A DNA stretch of 64,000 nt, taken from contig JAHDQY010000014.1 in NCBI GenBank assembly GCA_018433595.1, positions 2,793-66,792 on the forward strand, in the 5' to 3' direction. Under the pieces are notes generated by a model. The model was not told the DNA's origin, searched no databases, and was given only the letters and a program-made list of their open reading frames with translations. Position numbers and translations under genes: made by a program. How positions within the stretch are numbered: the stretch's first letter is position 1; each line of letters starts with the position of its first letter. Positions 8,544-16,321 of the stretch are shown piece by piece. Source of the stretch: Synergistales bacterium (GTDB taxonomy: Bacteria > Synergistota > Synergistia > Synergistales > Aminithiophilaceae).

Positions 8544-9065
8544 TTAGATCTGAAACACCTCGACGGGCGATTCCTTCCTGGCTCCGAAGCCGGTGCGCCC
8601 CAGGGCGACGGCTCCGCTGCTGGCAACTTCAATGACCCCGAAGGGACGGACCGCTTCAAGGCAGGCCTCGACCTTCCCCCGATCACCCGTCGCCTCGAGA
8701 ACGATGGCGTCTTCGCCGATGTCGACGATGCGGCAACGGAAGATTTCCGCCGTCTGGAGAACGTGGGGACGGACATCGAGGGGGGCCCGAACCTTGATGA
8801 GCGCCATCCACCGCTCGACAAAGCTGTTTTCGCTCAGGTTTCGGACCTCGACGACTTCAATGAGCTTGTCCAGCTGGCGGACGATCTGCTCCACCACCGT
8901 CTCGTCCCCCTTGACGACGAGAGTGAAGCGGGACAGGCCCGGCCTGTGGGTCCTGCCGACGCTGAGACTCGTCACGTTGTACCCTCTCCGCGAGACCAGC
9001 CCGGCGAGACGGGAAAGGACACCGGGATGGTCCTGGGCCAGAACGCTGATCGTGTGAATCGTCAT
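8544..9065 (-). CDS. ilvH: acetolactate synthase small (regulatory) subunit
   Basis: 173 aa. ACT domain 'HTISVLAQDHPGVLSRLAGLVSRRGYNVTSLSVG' followed by an ALS_ss_C-like half. Confidence 0.85.
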   Translation of the reverse strand: MTIHTISVLAQDHPGVLSRLAGLVSRRGYNVTSLSVGRTHRPGLSRFTLVVKGDETVVEQIVRQLDKLIEVVEVRNLSENSFVERWMALIKVRAPLDVRPHVLQTAEIFRCRIVDIGEDAIVLEATGDRGKVEACLEAVRPFGVIEVASSGAVALGRTGFGARKESPVEVFQI

Positions 9066-9112
9066 CTTCCTCCCCTCCCTATCGTTGAGGCGCGAAAGGA
9101 GCGCCTCATCCG

Positions 9113-9154
9113 AAAAAAAAAGCCGGAGCCCCTTGATAACAAGGGGCCCCGGTC
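9113..9154 (-). terminator. attenuator terminator upstream of ilvH
   Basis: Minus-strand RNA CCGGGGCCCCUUG-UUAU-CAAGGGGCUCCGG forms a 13-bp stem with one G-U pair, followed by U9. It lies 47 nt upstream of the ilvH ATG and 18 nt downstream of the leader-ORF stop. Confidence 0.75.
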
Positions 9155-9172
9155 CTGTAAGGTTCCGCCGGT

Positions 9173-9256
9173 CTAGACGACGACGGAAGCTCCAGGAGGG
9201 GACCCGCAGCTAATAAGTACGAGGACAAGGCTGATAAGGGAAAGGGCCTTTTTCAT
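9173..9256 (-). CDS. 27-codon Leu/Ile/Val-rich leader peptide (not in the ORF track)
   Basis: Hand translation gives MKKALSLISLVLVLISCGSPPGASVVV*. 12 of 27 codons are Leu/Ile/Val and the last three are Val. AGGAGG lies upstream. The ORF sits between the promoter at 9305-9333 and the terminator at 9113-9154. Confidence 0.6.
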   Translation of the reverse strand: MKKALSLISLVLVLISCGSPPGASVVV

Positions 9257-9304
9257 GCTCACTGCGATCCACCTCCTGCGCCGGATTTCGTTGGATTGGT
9301 GGAC

Positions 9305-9333
9305 ATTCTAGGCTGCCCGGCGAGATCTGTCAA
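9305..9333 (-). promoter_or_regulatory. sigma70-like promoter TTGACA-17-TAGAAT for the ilv-leu leader
   Basis: The minus strand has the -35 TTGACA at 9328-9333 and the -10 TAGAAT at 9305-9310, with an exact 17-nt spacer. Confidence 0.6.
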
Positions 9334-9458
9334 CAGCAAAGGGATCATTTTGAAGTTTTCCCAATATTCAACGGCCTTTCGGATGCCGCCCCGGAGCCCT
9401 TTGCAGCCTCCGGGGCTATAATGGGTCCAACACAACAAGGAAGACCGGAGGCTCCGTC

Positions 9459-10703
9459 ATGACGCCAGCGCCCTCGATGAAGAAAATCGATCCCGCCTTG
9501 TCCCACCTGCTTTATTCCCTTCTCGTGACAGCCTACTTCCTTTCCTTCTTCTTCCGCGTCTCGGCCTCGGTCGTCCTGCCTCAGGAGGCCTCCCGGCTGG
9601 GGCTGTCGGCCTCCCTGGCCGGCTTCATCTCCAGCCTCTACTACTACGCCTACGCCGTGACCCAGCCTCTCTGCGGCATCCTCCACGACCGTTTCGGCCC
9701 CTTGCGGATCGTCACCTTCGGCATGGCTCTGGCCGGGTTGGGAGAGATCCTTTACGTCCTTTCGCCGACAGCCCTATCCCTCGGCCTCTGGCGGCTCCTG
9801 ACAGGGCTGGGGCTGGCACCGATGTTTTCAGGAGCCCTGCTCTTCCAGTCTCAGGCCTTTCCAATGGAGCGTTACCCCTTCTATGCCGGGCTCACCATCG
9901 CCGCCGGCAACTTCGGAGCCGTCGTCTCCGTAGGCCCCCTGGGCTTCGCCCTGGAGCGATGGGGCAAAGAAGGGGTCTTCTCCGCACTGGCCCTCTTCAG
10001 CTTCGGCCTGGCCGCCCTGATCTTTCTGTTCCGCAACAGCGGGCCCGCCCAAGAAACGGCGGAGAAGGGAACCTTCTCCGCCGTTCAGCAGCTGAAAGAG
10101 GCGGGAAAAGCCATCGCCTGCTCTCCCCGCCTACGGGCCATAACGGTTCTCTGGAGTCTTCTGATCAGCGCCCTGCTGACTTTTCAGGGACTCTGGGCCG
10201 TCGCCTGGTATGAGGCGGCCTTCAACGTCCCCCTCAAGGCGGCGAGAGACCAGGCGACTCTCATCGGCGTCGGCGTCATGATCGGGACCCTCCTGGGCAG
10301 CCGCATTGAGGGAAAGCGAAGAACGGCCGTCCTCAAAAAAGGATATCTTGTGACGGGGGCGTTCTGGCTCCTCCTTCTGGCGGCGACCGCCCCGGGCCGC
10401 TTCCTCTTCCTGGCGGGAGCGACGGGCTTCCTGCTGGGAGTCGCTTCGGGCGTTTTCATCGTCCACTGTGCCTCGGCCCTCAACGAAACGGCGCCTCCGA
10501 CGAAACGCGGCGCCGTTCTGGGAGTGGCCAACATGGTCATCTTCTTCGGCGTCATCGCCTTCCAGTGGGGGACGGGGAGCCTCATCGGCCTCTTCGAAAC
10601 CGCACCGGGACGATACGACGCCACAGGCTTCCTTGTCGCCTTCGGCGTGACGACGGCGCTCTTCTGGGCTGGAACGCTTCTTTTCCCTTCATTGAAGGAA
10701 TAA
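9459..10703 (+). CDS. MFS transporter
   Basis: 414 aa with 12 predicted TM segments and an MFS-like 'GILHDRFGPLRIV' loop motif between TM2 and TM3. GGAGG RBS. Confidence 0.7.
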   Translation: MTPAPSMKKIDPALSHLLYSLLVTAYFLSFFFRVSASVVLPQEASRLGLSASLAGFISSLYYYAYAVTQPLCGILHDRFGPLRIVTFGMALAGLGEILYVLSPTALSLGLWRLLTGLGLAPMFSGALLFQSQAFPMERYPFYAGLTIAAGNFGAVVSVGPLGFALERWGKEGVFSALALFSFGLAALIFLFRNSGPAQETAEKGTFSAVQQLKEAGKAIACSPRLRAITVLWSLLISALLTFQGLWAVAWYEAAFNVPLKAARDQATLIGVGVMIGTLLGSRIEGKRRTAVLKKGYLVTGAFWLLLLAATAPGRFLFLAGATGFLLGVASGVFIVHCASALNETAPPTKRGAVLGVANMVIFFGVIAFQWGTGSLIGLFETAPGRYDATGFLVAFGVTTALFWAGTLLFPSLKE

Positions 10704-10742
10704 ATTCCGAACATGCAACCAGGACAGGAAAGTGAGCGTGTC

Positions 10743-12725
10743 ATGCCGATAAAATCGATGCACTTGGTATCTTTTGAAAAAAAAATATTTTTAATCGTCA
10801 TGGCTGTCTGTTTATTTGATTTTTTCATCACAATTGAAGAGTTATATGCAAAAGAAAAATTAAAAGATATAAAAATTGGAATTATTAATGATTCTATGCC
10901 TCAATTTGCAATTGATCCCTCAGGCAAGGCCAGAGGATCAACTATTGACATCATCAATGCCATTGCAAGAGAAACAAAATGCCACGTCACCTTTGTTGAC
11001 GTCAATTCTTGGGAAGAAGCCCTCACCCTTTTAAAAAAAGATATCGTTGACGCAATCCCATCTTGTGGAATAAGTACCCAACAGATCCAAGACGAAAATC
11101 TTATTGCCTCTTTTCCTTTTGAAACCTTTCAAGTCAGACTCTTTTTTAAAAAAGGTAGTTTTCCATTTTCTTCAAGAAAAAAAATGACATTAAACACCAT
11201 TGGAGTAGTAAAAGGCAGCCCATCAGATAGGTATCTTCAAAAAGCAAATATACCCTTTGTGATAAGATTTGATACTATGATAGAAAACCTTTTTGGACTC
11301 TTAAAAGGAGAAGTTAATGCTTCTATCGCTGAAGAAGAAGTCTTCTTGTCCCTTGCAAGACAAATCAAAGAAGATCACTCCATATTTTCATATGGATATA
11401 GTTTATTAAAGAGTGAAACTTGTCTTATCGTAAAAAAAGACAATCAACGCCTAGTAACACTCATAAATGATAGTATAGATAAATTTTTAAGAACAAACAA
11501 TTGTAAGTCGATCTACAAGAAATGGTATATATATACTCCTTTTTGGAATTTAACTAAACTAATATCTGTAATGGTAGCAATATTAATTAGTATAATTTGT
11601 TTTTTTCAGTATGTACACCATAAAGAAAGAACCATTTCTCAAAAAAATATTGAACTAAACGAAAAGCGATTAGCTGCCCAATACAACAGCATTCCAACAC
11701 CAACATACACTTGGCACAAGGAAAAAAATGAATTAATTCTTATAAATTTTAACAAGGTGGCATTATCTTTTAGTCCGGAACGCCTTCAAAAAGGCTTGGG
11801 AAGTTCTATAAAAACACTGTTTAATGATATAAGTGCAATAGAAAAAATGGTTGAAAGTTGCTTTATGCTTAAGTGCCCGCTAGAAGAGAGCGTGTCTTTC
11901 TTTAGTAATAACGCGATAACACATTGGCACGTTTTATGTTCTTTTGTTCCACCAGATTTAGTTTTAATGCACATAGAAGACGTTACTTCAAATTATAACG
12001 CTCAAAAAAAGGAAAATGAATATAAGAAGAAACTACGTGGATTGGCATCGACCTTGTCAAAAGCTGAAGAACAAGAGCGACGAAGAATCTCTACGCTTAT
12101 ACACGATGCCATAGGACAGCCTCTTGCCTTAGCCAAAATCAGGGCAGTCATGTTATCCCAAGAAATCAAAAATAACACTTTTAAAGAAGATCTTTCTGTA
12201 ATAATAGATCAACTTGATAGCTCTATATCCACAACAAGGACTTTAACATTTGACCTTGGAACGCCAGTCCTTTATAAACTTGGATTTGTCCCTGCTATAG
12301 AATGGCTTATCGGACGTTTAGAGGATCAGTTCAAGCTAGACCTTGTTTACGAAAATAGAGGTGTTCCTAAATATATAAATGACGATATTAAATCTTTTCT
12401 TTTTAGATCGATTCATGAATTAATAATAAACGTTATAAAACATGCTGAAACGAAGCAAGTTTGTCTTAGGACTTCTCAATGGCCTAGTGGAAGCTTAATC
12501 GTCATCGTGTCTGATAACGGGAAGGGTTTTTCAGCAAAAGAATATAAATTAAGAGCTCCTTTCATTAATTCGTTTGGCCTTTTCAGTCTCGAAGAACGTA
12601 TCAATTACCTGGGCGGTAAGTTTAAGATTTTCAGTAAACCTGGCCAGGGAACGACGGTTTCTTTCGTTGTTCCACCCAGCGCTTTCGGGGAGGTTGCCAC
12701 TGATGAAAATTCTTCTAGCGGATGA
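10743..12725 (+). CDS. sensor histidine kinase with an extracytoplasmic solute-binding (SBP_bac_3-like) domain, PAS-like region, HisKA_3 and HATPase domains
   Basis: TM segment, then a roughly 230-aa periplasmic region resembling polar amino-acid binding proteins, then TM2. 'EEQERRRISTLIHDAIGQPLA' is an H-box of the NarX/DegS (HisKA_3) type. 'DNGKGF ... GLFSLEERINYLGGKF' are the N/G boxes. The gene is strongly AT-rich. Confidence 0.75.
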   Translation: MPIKSMHLVSFEKKIFLIVMAVCLFDFFITIEELYAKEKLKDIKIGIINDSMPQFAIDPSGKARGSTIDIINAIARETKCHVTFVDVNSWEEALTLLKKDIVDAIPSCGISTQQIQDENLIASFPFETFQVRLFFKKGSFPFSSRKKMTLNTIGVVKGSPSDRYLQKANIPFVIRFDTMIENLFGLLKGEVNASIAEEEVFLSLARQIKEDHSIFSYGYSLLKSETCLIVKKDNQRLVTLINDSIDKFLRTNNCKSIYKKWYIYTPFWNLTKLISVMVAILISIICFFQYVHHKERTISQKNIELNEKRLAAQYNSIPTPTYTWHKEKNELILINFNKVALSFSPERLQKGLGSSIKTLFNDISAIEKMVESCFMLKCPLEESVSFFSNNAITHWHVLCSFVPPDLVLMHIEDVTSNYNAQKKENEYKKKLRGLASTLSKAEEQERRRISTLIHDAIGQPLALAKIRAVMLSQEIKNNTFKEDLSVIIDQLDSSISTTRTLTFDLGTPVLYKLGFVPAIEWLIGRLEDQFKLDLVYENRGVPKYINDDIKSFLFRSIHELIINVIKHAETKQVCLRTSQWPSGSLIVIVSDNGKGFSAKEYKLRAPFINSFGLFSLEERINYLGGKFKIFSKPGQGTTVSFVVPPSAFGEVATDENSSSG

Positions 12726-13356
12726 TCACACCATTGTCAGAGAGGGATTACGACTGATTTTGAGCCGCCAGTCGGGTCTTGACATCATCGCCGAGGTCTC
12801 TGACGGAGCTCAGGCTCTCGAAAAAACGAAGGAGCTTGAACCCGACGTTGTCGTCATGGATGTCGTCATGCACGGGATGGATGGAATCACCGCCACAAGA
12901 AGAATCAAATCCATCTGTCCGGAAACACAGGTCGTCGCTTTGTCGATGTACGCCGACAAAAACTTCATCAACGAGATGTTGAAAGCCGGGGCTTCGGCCT
13001 TCCTGCTCAAGGACTGCGCATCGACGGAGCTCATTGAAGCCATCAACGCCGTGAAGGAGGGCACTCTCTATCTCGGCCCCAGCGTTTCGGGCATTGTCGC
13101 CAGGATGTACGTCGATTCCATCGGGGGGGTTGAAGCGGCCGGCGAAAAGGACACTCTTTCCGACCGGGAGATGGAAATTCTCAAACTGCTTGCCGAAGGA
13201 AAAACAAATGGCGAAATCGCCCTTGAACTGCATGTCAGCATCAAAACCATCGGCTCTCACAGGAGGAACATTCTCCACAAATTAGGCCTTCGCAATATCG
13301 TCGAACTGACGAAATATGCCCTTGCCAAAGGAATCATACCGACTATTTCTTCTTGA
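12703..13356 (+). CDS. NarL/FixJ (LuxR-type HTH) response regulator
   Basis: 'MKILLADDHTIVREGL...DVVVMDVVMHGMDG' receiver domain and 'LSDREMEILKLLAEGKTNGEIALELHVSIKTIGSHRRNILHKLG' GerE HTH. The ATG at 12703 overlaps the kinase 3' end by 23 nt. Confidence 0.85.
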   Translation: MKILLADDHTIVREGLRLILSRQSGLDIIAEVSDGAQALEKTKELEPDVVVMDVVMHGMDGITATRRIKSICPETQVVALSMYADKNFINEMLKAGASAFLLKDCASTELIEAINAVKEGTLYLGPSVSGIVARMYVDSIGGVEAAGEKDTLSDREMEILKLLAEGKTNGEIALELHVSIKTIGSHRRNILHKLGLRNIVELTKYALAKGIIPTISS

Positions 13357-13400
13357 TTAAAACAACCACAAACCAACATAAGGCAGGCTTATATTCATAC

Positions 13401-13449
13401 GGTAAGCAAAAAGGGAAGCGGTCGCTTCCCTTTTTGCTTACCGGTTTTC
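13401..13449 (+). terminator. rho-independent terminator after the response regulator
   Basis: 20-bp perfect stem GGTAAGCAAAAAGGGAAGCG-gt-CGCTTCCCTTTTTGCTTACC followed by GGTTTT. Confidence 0.75.
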
Positions 13450-13563
13450 AGTGAATAAGGCAACCTCCCGCTGTATCTTTCCTCCTTTGCCTGATTGAAG
13501 GAGTCCAAAAGACCGAGTAGTCTGATAACAAAACACCACCTCCCGAGGAAAGGGGGAAGCAAA

Positions 13564-13644
13564 ATGACAATCAGTAGTTTAACCTTGTTCGCATTACCTT
13601 TGTTTATTTCTCTTGCTCTTGCATTGATATATTTCCTTAAATGA
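13564..13644 (+). CDS. 26-aa hydrophobic micro-protein upstream of the symporter (not in the ORF track)
   Basis: Hand translation gives MTISSLTLFALPLFISLALALIYFLK*. GGGGGAAG lies 5 nt upstream of the ATG. The stop is 13 nt before the symporter ATG. Confidence 0.45.
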   Translation: MTISSLTLFALPLFISLALALIYFLK

Positions 13645-13657
13645 GAGGGGTACAAAA

Positions 13658-15124
13658 ATGCTTATTAACTACATGGTTTTCGGATCATATTTATTCTTGC
13701 TGGTTGCCATTGGCTATCTATCTTACAGAAAAACAACATCTTACGCAGATTTTAGCCTAGCAGGGAGAAGTAATAATAAGTGGATCACTGCTTTGGCTGC
13801 CGAATCTTCAGATATGAGCGGATGGCTTCTTCTAGGATTGCCAGGTATGGCATTTGCAAGCGGATTTGGGGCTATTTGGGTTATTATAGGAATTTTATCA
13901 GGAACTATTTTTAACTGGGTTGTCGTTGCAAATAAATTAAGAACGGCAACGGAACATTACAATGCTTATACCCTTACTGAGTTTTTTGAGAAGCGCTTAA
14001 AAGATTTTAATGGTAATATAGGGTTTATAGCTGCCATAGTAATTGTTATTTTTATGATAATTAACGCTTCTGCTGAAATAATTGGCAGTGGCAAGCTGTT
14101 AAATATAGCTTTTGGAGTAGATTACAAAACTGGAGTTGTTTTAGGTTTAATAATTGTCGTTGTTTATACCTACCTTGGAGGTTTTCTCGCTATAAGCTGG
14201 AGCAATCTAATTCAGGGTAGTATTATGTTTCTTGCTCTCATATTTGTTCCAATTGTGGGTTTTTATCAAATTTCCGGAAGCGACTGGTTATCTAAGATAT
14301 CTGTTGAATCTCCTGGGTTTTTTACCTTTTTTGAGGGAACTACAGGTTTTTGGCCAAGGGTTGCATTGATACTTGGTGGCATCGGGATTGGAATAGGCTA
14401 TCCTGGGCAACCTCATATTTTAACTAGTTTTATGGCAATCAAAGATCCAAAAGAAGTAAAAGACTCTACTCTTATAGCTGTTTTCTGGGTCGCGATCTCG
14501 ACATATGGAGCCGTTCTGGTTGGCATTATCGGTAGAGCTATTTTCCTTGAAATAGGTGATCCTGAGCAGATTTTCCTAGCCCTTACCGGTGAAGTTTTCC
14601 CCGCCTATACGATCGGACTTTTTGCAGCTTCCGTAATGGCCGCCATCCTTTCTTCAGTAAGCGCCTACTTCCTTGTAGCTGCTGCGTCTTACGCCTCTAA
14701 TATTTATAAACGCTTCAAAAAAGTCAAAAACGACGATGCCCTTGTCAAAATCGAGCGCTTTGCTATTGTGGTTATCGCTTTGGCCGCCTTTCTGATGTCC
14801 ATCTCTGGAGGCATCGTCTTCAAGGTCGCCCTCTACGCATGGGGAGGATTAGCCGCCTGTTTCGGACCTCTCGTCATCCTAAGCCTTTATTGGAAGAACC
14901 TGAACCGTAAGGGTGCCATTTGGGGGATGGTTGTAGGAATGGTCACCATCATAGGATGGTATAATCTAGGGCTTTCCAACTACCTTTATGAACTTCTTCC
15001 AGGATTTGCTTTTAGCATGATAACAATGATATTGATCAGTCTCGCCACAGGTGGTGCCGATGCTAATGTCAAAAATGAATTTTTGGCATATAAAAAGGCT
15101 TTAGGTGAGGCAAACCATGTCTAG
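13658..15124 (+). CDS. sodium:solute symporter family (SSF) transporter, PutP/PanF-like
   Basis: 488 aa with about 13 TM segments. The N-terminus 'YRKTTSYADFSLAGRSNNKWITALAAESSDMSGWLLLGLPG' is typical of SSF. The 5' two thirds are AT-rich. Confidence 0.8.
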   Translation: MLINYMVFGSYLFLLVAIGYLSYRKTTSYADFSLAGRSNNKWITALAAESSDMSGWLLLGLPGMAFASGFGAIWVIIGILSGTIFNWVVVANKLRTATEHYNAYTLTEFFEKRLKDFNGNIGFIAAIVIVIFMIINASAEIIGSGKLLNIAFGVDYKTGVVLGLIIVVVYTYLGGFLAISWSNLIQGSIMFLALIFVPIVGFYQISGSDWLSKISVESPGFFTFFEGTTGFWPRVALILGGIGIGIGYPGQPHILTSFMAIKDPKEVKDSTLIAVFWVAISTYGAVLVGIIGRAIFLEIGDPEQIFLALTGEVFPAYTIGLFAASVMAAILSSVSAYFLVAAASYASNIYKRFKKVKNDDALVKIERFAIVVIALAAFLMSISGGIVFKVALYAWGGLAACFGPLVILSLYWKNLNRKGAIWGMVVGMVTIIGWYNLGLSNYLYELLPGFAFSMITMILISLATGGADANVKNEFLAYKKALGEANHV

Positions 15125-16214
15125 GCAAATAATCGTTCCAATAGATCGAATGGGTGTCGAAAACTACCAGACTGACATCGTTTCAACTATTAAATCGATC
15201 AACGATTCTATCTCCAGCGGTTTTTCTGTCTTGAGAACTTCTGCTGACACCGAATTTAAAACAGATTTGTTTCCTGAAGGTCATATCTTTTCAGCCGGAG
15301 CTTTTTTGATCGATGAAGCCGCAAAGGACGTTCTGATCGAGCATGGAACCCGCTTTCAACAAGTGATTCAGGGCAACAGCGATCGCCCATCAGAAGTTTT
15401 CCCTGTTGAAAGACGCAAGATCGCCCTTTACGTCGGGAGTGGTGCCGCCGATTTCTGCACCGGGCCGCTGCGCGAGGTACTGGATCATTTCGGGTTTTCA
15501 TATGACCAGGTCGACGAACAGGACATCCGCAACGATGCCCTGCGGAGCTTCTCCATTTTGATCGTCCCCGGCGGGCCCGATGCCGGAGAATCCTACTATG
15601 CCGGGCTGGGCACGCTCGGTTACGACAAGCTGAAGCGTTTCGCCCTGGCGGAGGGCTCCTATTTTGGGATCTGCGCCGGAGCCTATCTCGCCTTGAAATC
15701 AAGAACGAAGAAAAACCGTTTTTGGCTGGACCTGGCCGACGTAACCGACGAGGAAGATCTCGACTACTGGCGAACGGGGACGGCCTTCGTCAGAATCCGG
15801 ATGGACGGAAGCGAGAACCCCTGCTTCTACGGACTCACGGCGGGGAGCCGGAACACGGCCGACATGATTTACTGGGAAGGGCCGGCGATGCGCGTGATCG
15901 GTCCCAACGCGACCTCCCTTGCCCGTTTCGATGATTTCGTCGCCGGAGGCGCTCCGGGAGAAGAACCTGGATGGAACTTGCTCGACAACAGACCCGCCAG
16001 AGACTGTATCTCCGGGTGGTATAACGTGATGAGCCGCCAGCGCTTCGAAAGGCATCTGAAGGGCACGGCGGCCGTCGTCGAGGCGATGCCTGGCGAAAGG
16101 AGGATGTTGCTCTATTCCCCTCATGCCGAATTCGGCAATATCGGCATTTGCGAACGGCGCAAGAGTACGATTTTCCTTTTGCTTGCGAACGGCATCTTTT
16201 ACCTCTCCCGATAG
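15117..16214 (+). CDS. BPL_N-like / class I glutamine-amidotransferase-fold protein of unknown function
   Basis: 'ILIVPGGPDAGESYYAGLG...GSYFGICAGAYLA' matches the biotin-protein-ligase N-terminal (GATase1-like) domain with a nucleophile-elbow Cys. The ATG at 15117 overlaps the symporter stop by 8 nt. Confidence 0.5.
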   Translation: MSRQIIVPIDRMGVENYQTDIVSTIKSINDSISSGFSVLRTSADTEFKTDLFPEGHIFSAGAFLIDEAAKDVLIEHGTRFQQVIQGNSDRPSEVFPVERRKIALYVGSGAADFCTGPLREVLDHFGFSYDQVDEQDIRNDALRSFSILIVPGGPDAGESYYAGLGTLGYDKLKRFALAEGSYFGICAGAYLALKSRTKKNRFWLDLADVTDEEDLDYWRTGTAFVRIRMDGSENPCFYGLTAGSRNTADMIYWEGPAMRVIGPNATSLARFDDFVAGGAPGEEPGWNLLDNRPARDCISGWYNVMSRQRFERHLKGTAAVVEAMPGERRMLLYSPHAEFGNIGICERRKSTIFLLLANGIFYLSR

Positions 16215-16232
16215 ACAAGTCCTGTCTAAACC

Positions 16233-16272
16233 AAGGAGTGAGGCCCGCTGTCTTCGGCCTCACTCCTTTTAT
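16233..16272. terminator. bidirectional terminator between convergent genes
   Basis: 13-bp perfect stem AAGGAGTGAGGCC/GGCCTCACTCCTT with a 10-nt loop, followed by TTTAT on the plus strand. Confidence 0.6.
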
Positions 16273-16321
16273 GCCTTTGTAAGTAACGTTCCTCGTCAAA
16301 CCGGCAAGCTCCCCTCTTCCG

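Noticed and set aside
4683-9176. 1497-aa plus-strand ORF, the longest ORF on that strand in the region
   Set aside because: It runs antisense to four confidently recognised genes (ilvB, leuA, ilvC, ilvH). Its translation is low-complexity and Gly/Asp/Arg/Ala/Pro-rich with no recognisable motif. This is a typical stop-codon-poor antisense frame of a high-GC genome.
9173-9256. Reading the 27-codon ORF as a small lipoprotein, because of the lipobox-like L-I-S-C
   Set aside because: Processing would leave an 11-residue mature peptide. The ORF sits between a strong promoter and a strong terminator directly upstream of a BCAA operon. It is 44% Leu/Ile/Val with a terminal VVV, which fits an attenuation leader better. 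The lipoprotein reading is not fully excluded.
10704-16272. Interpreting the AT-rich island as a prophage, IS element or integrative element
   Set aside because: I could find no integrase, transposase, phage gene, tRNA target or flanking direct or inverted repeats. Only the compositional anomaly is supported.
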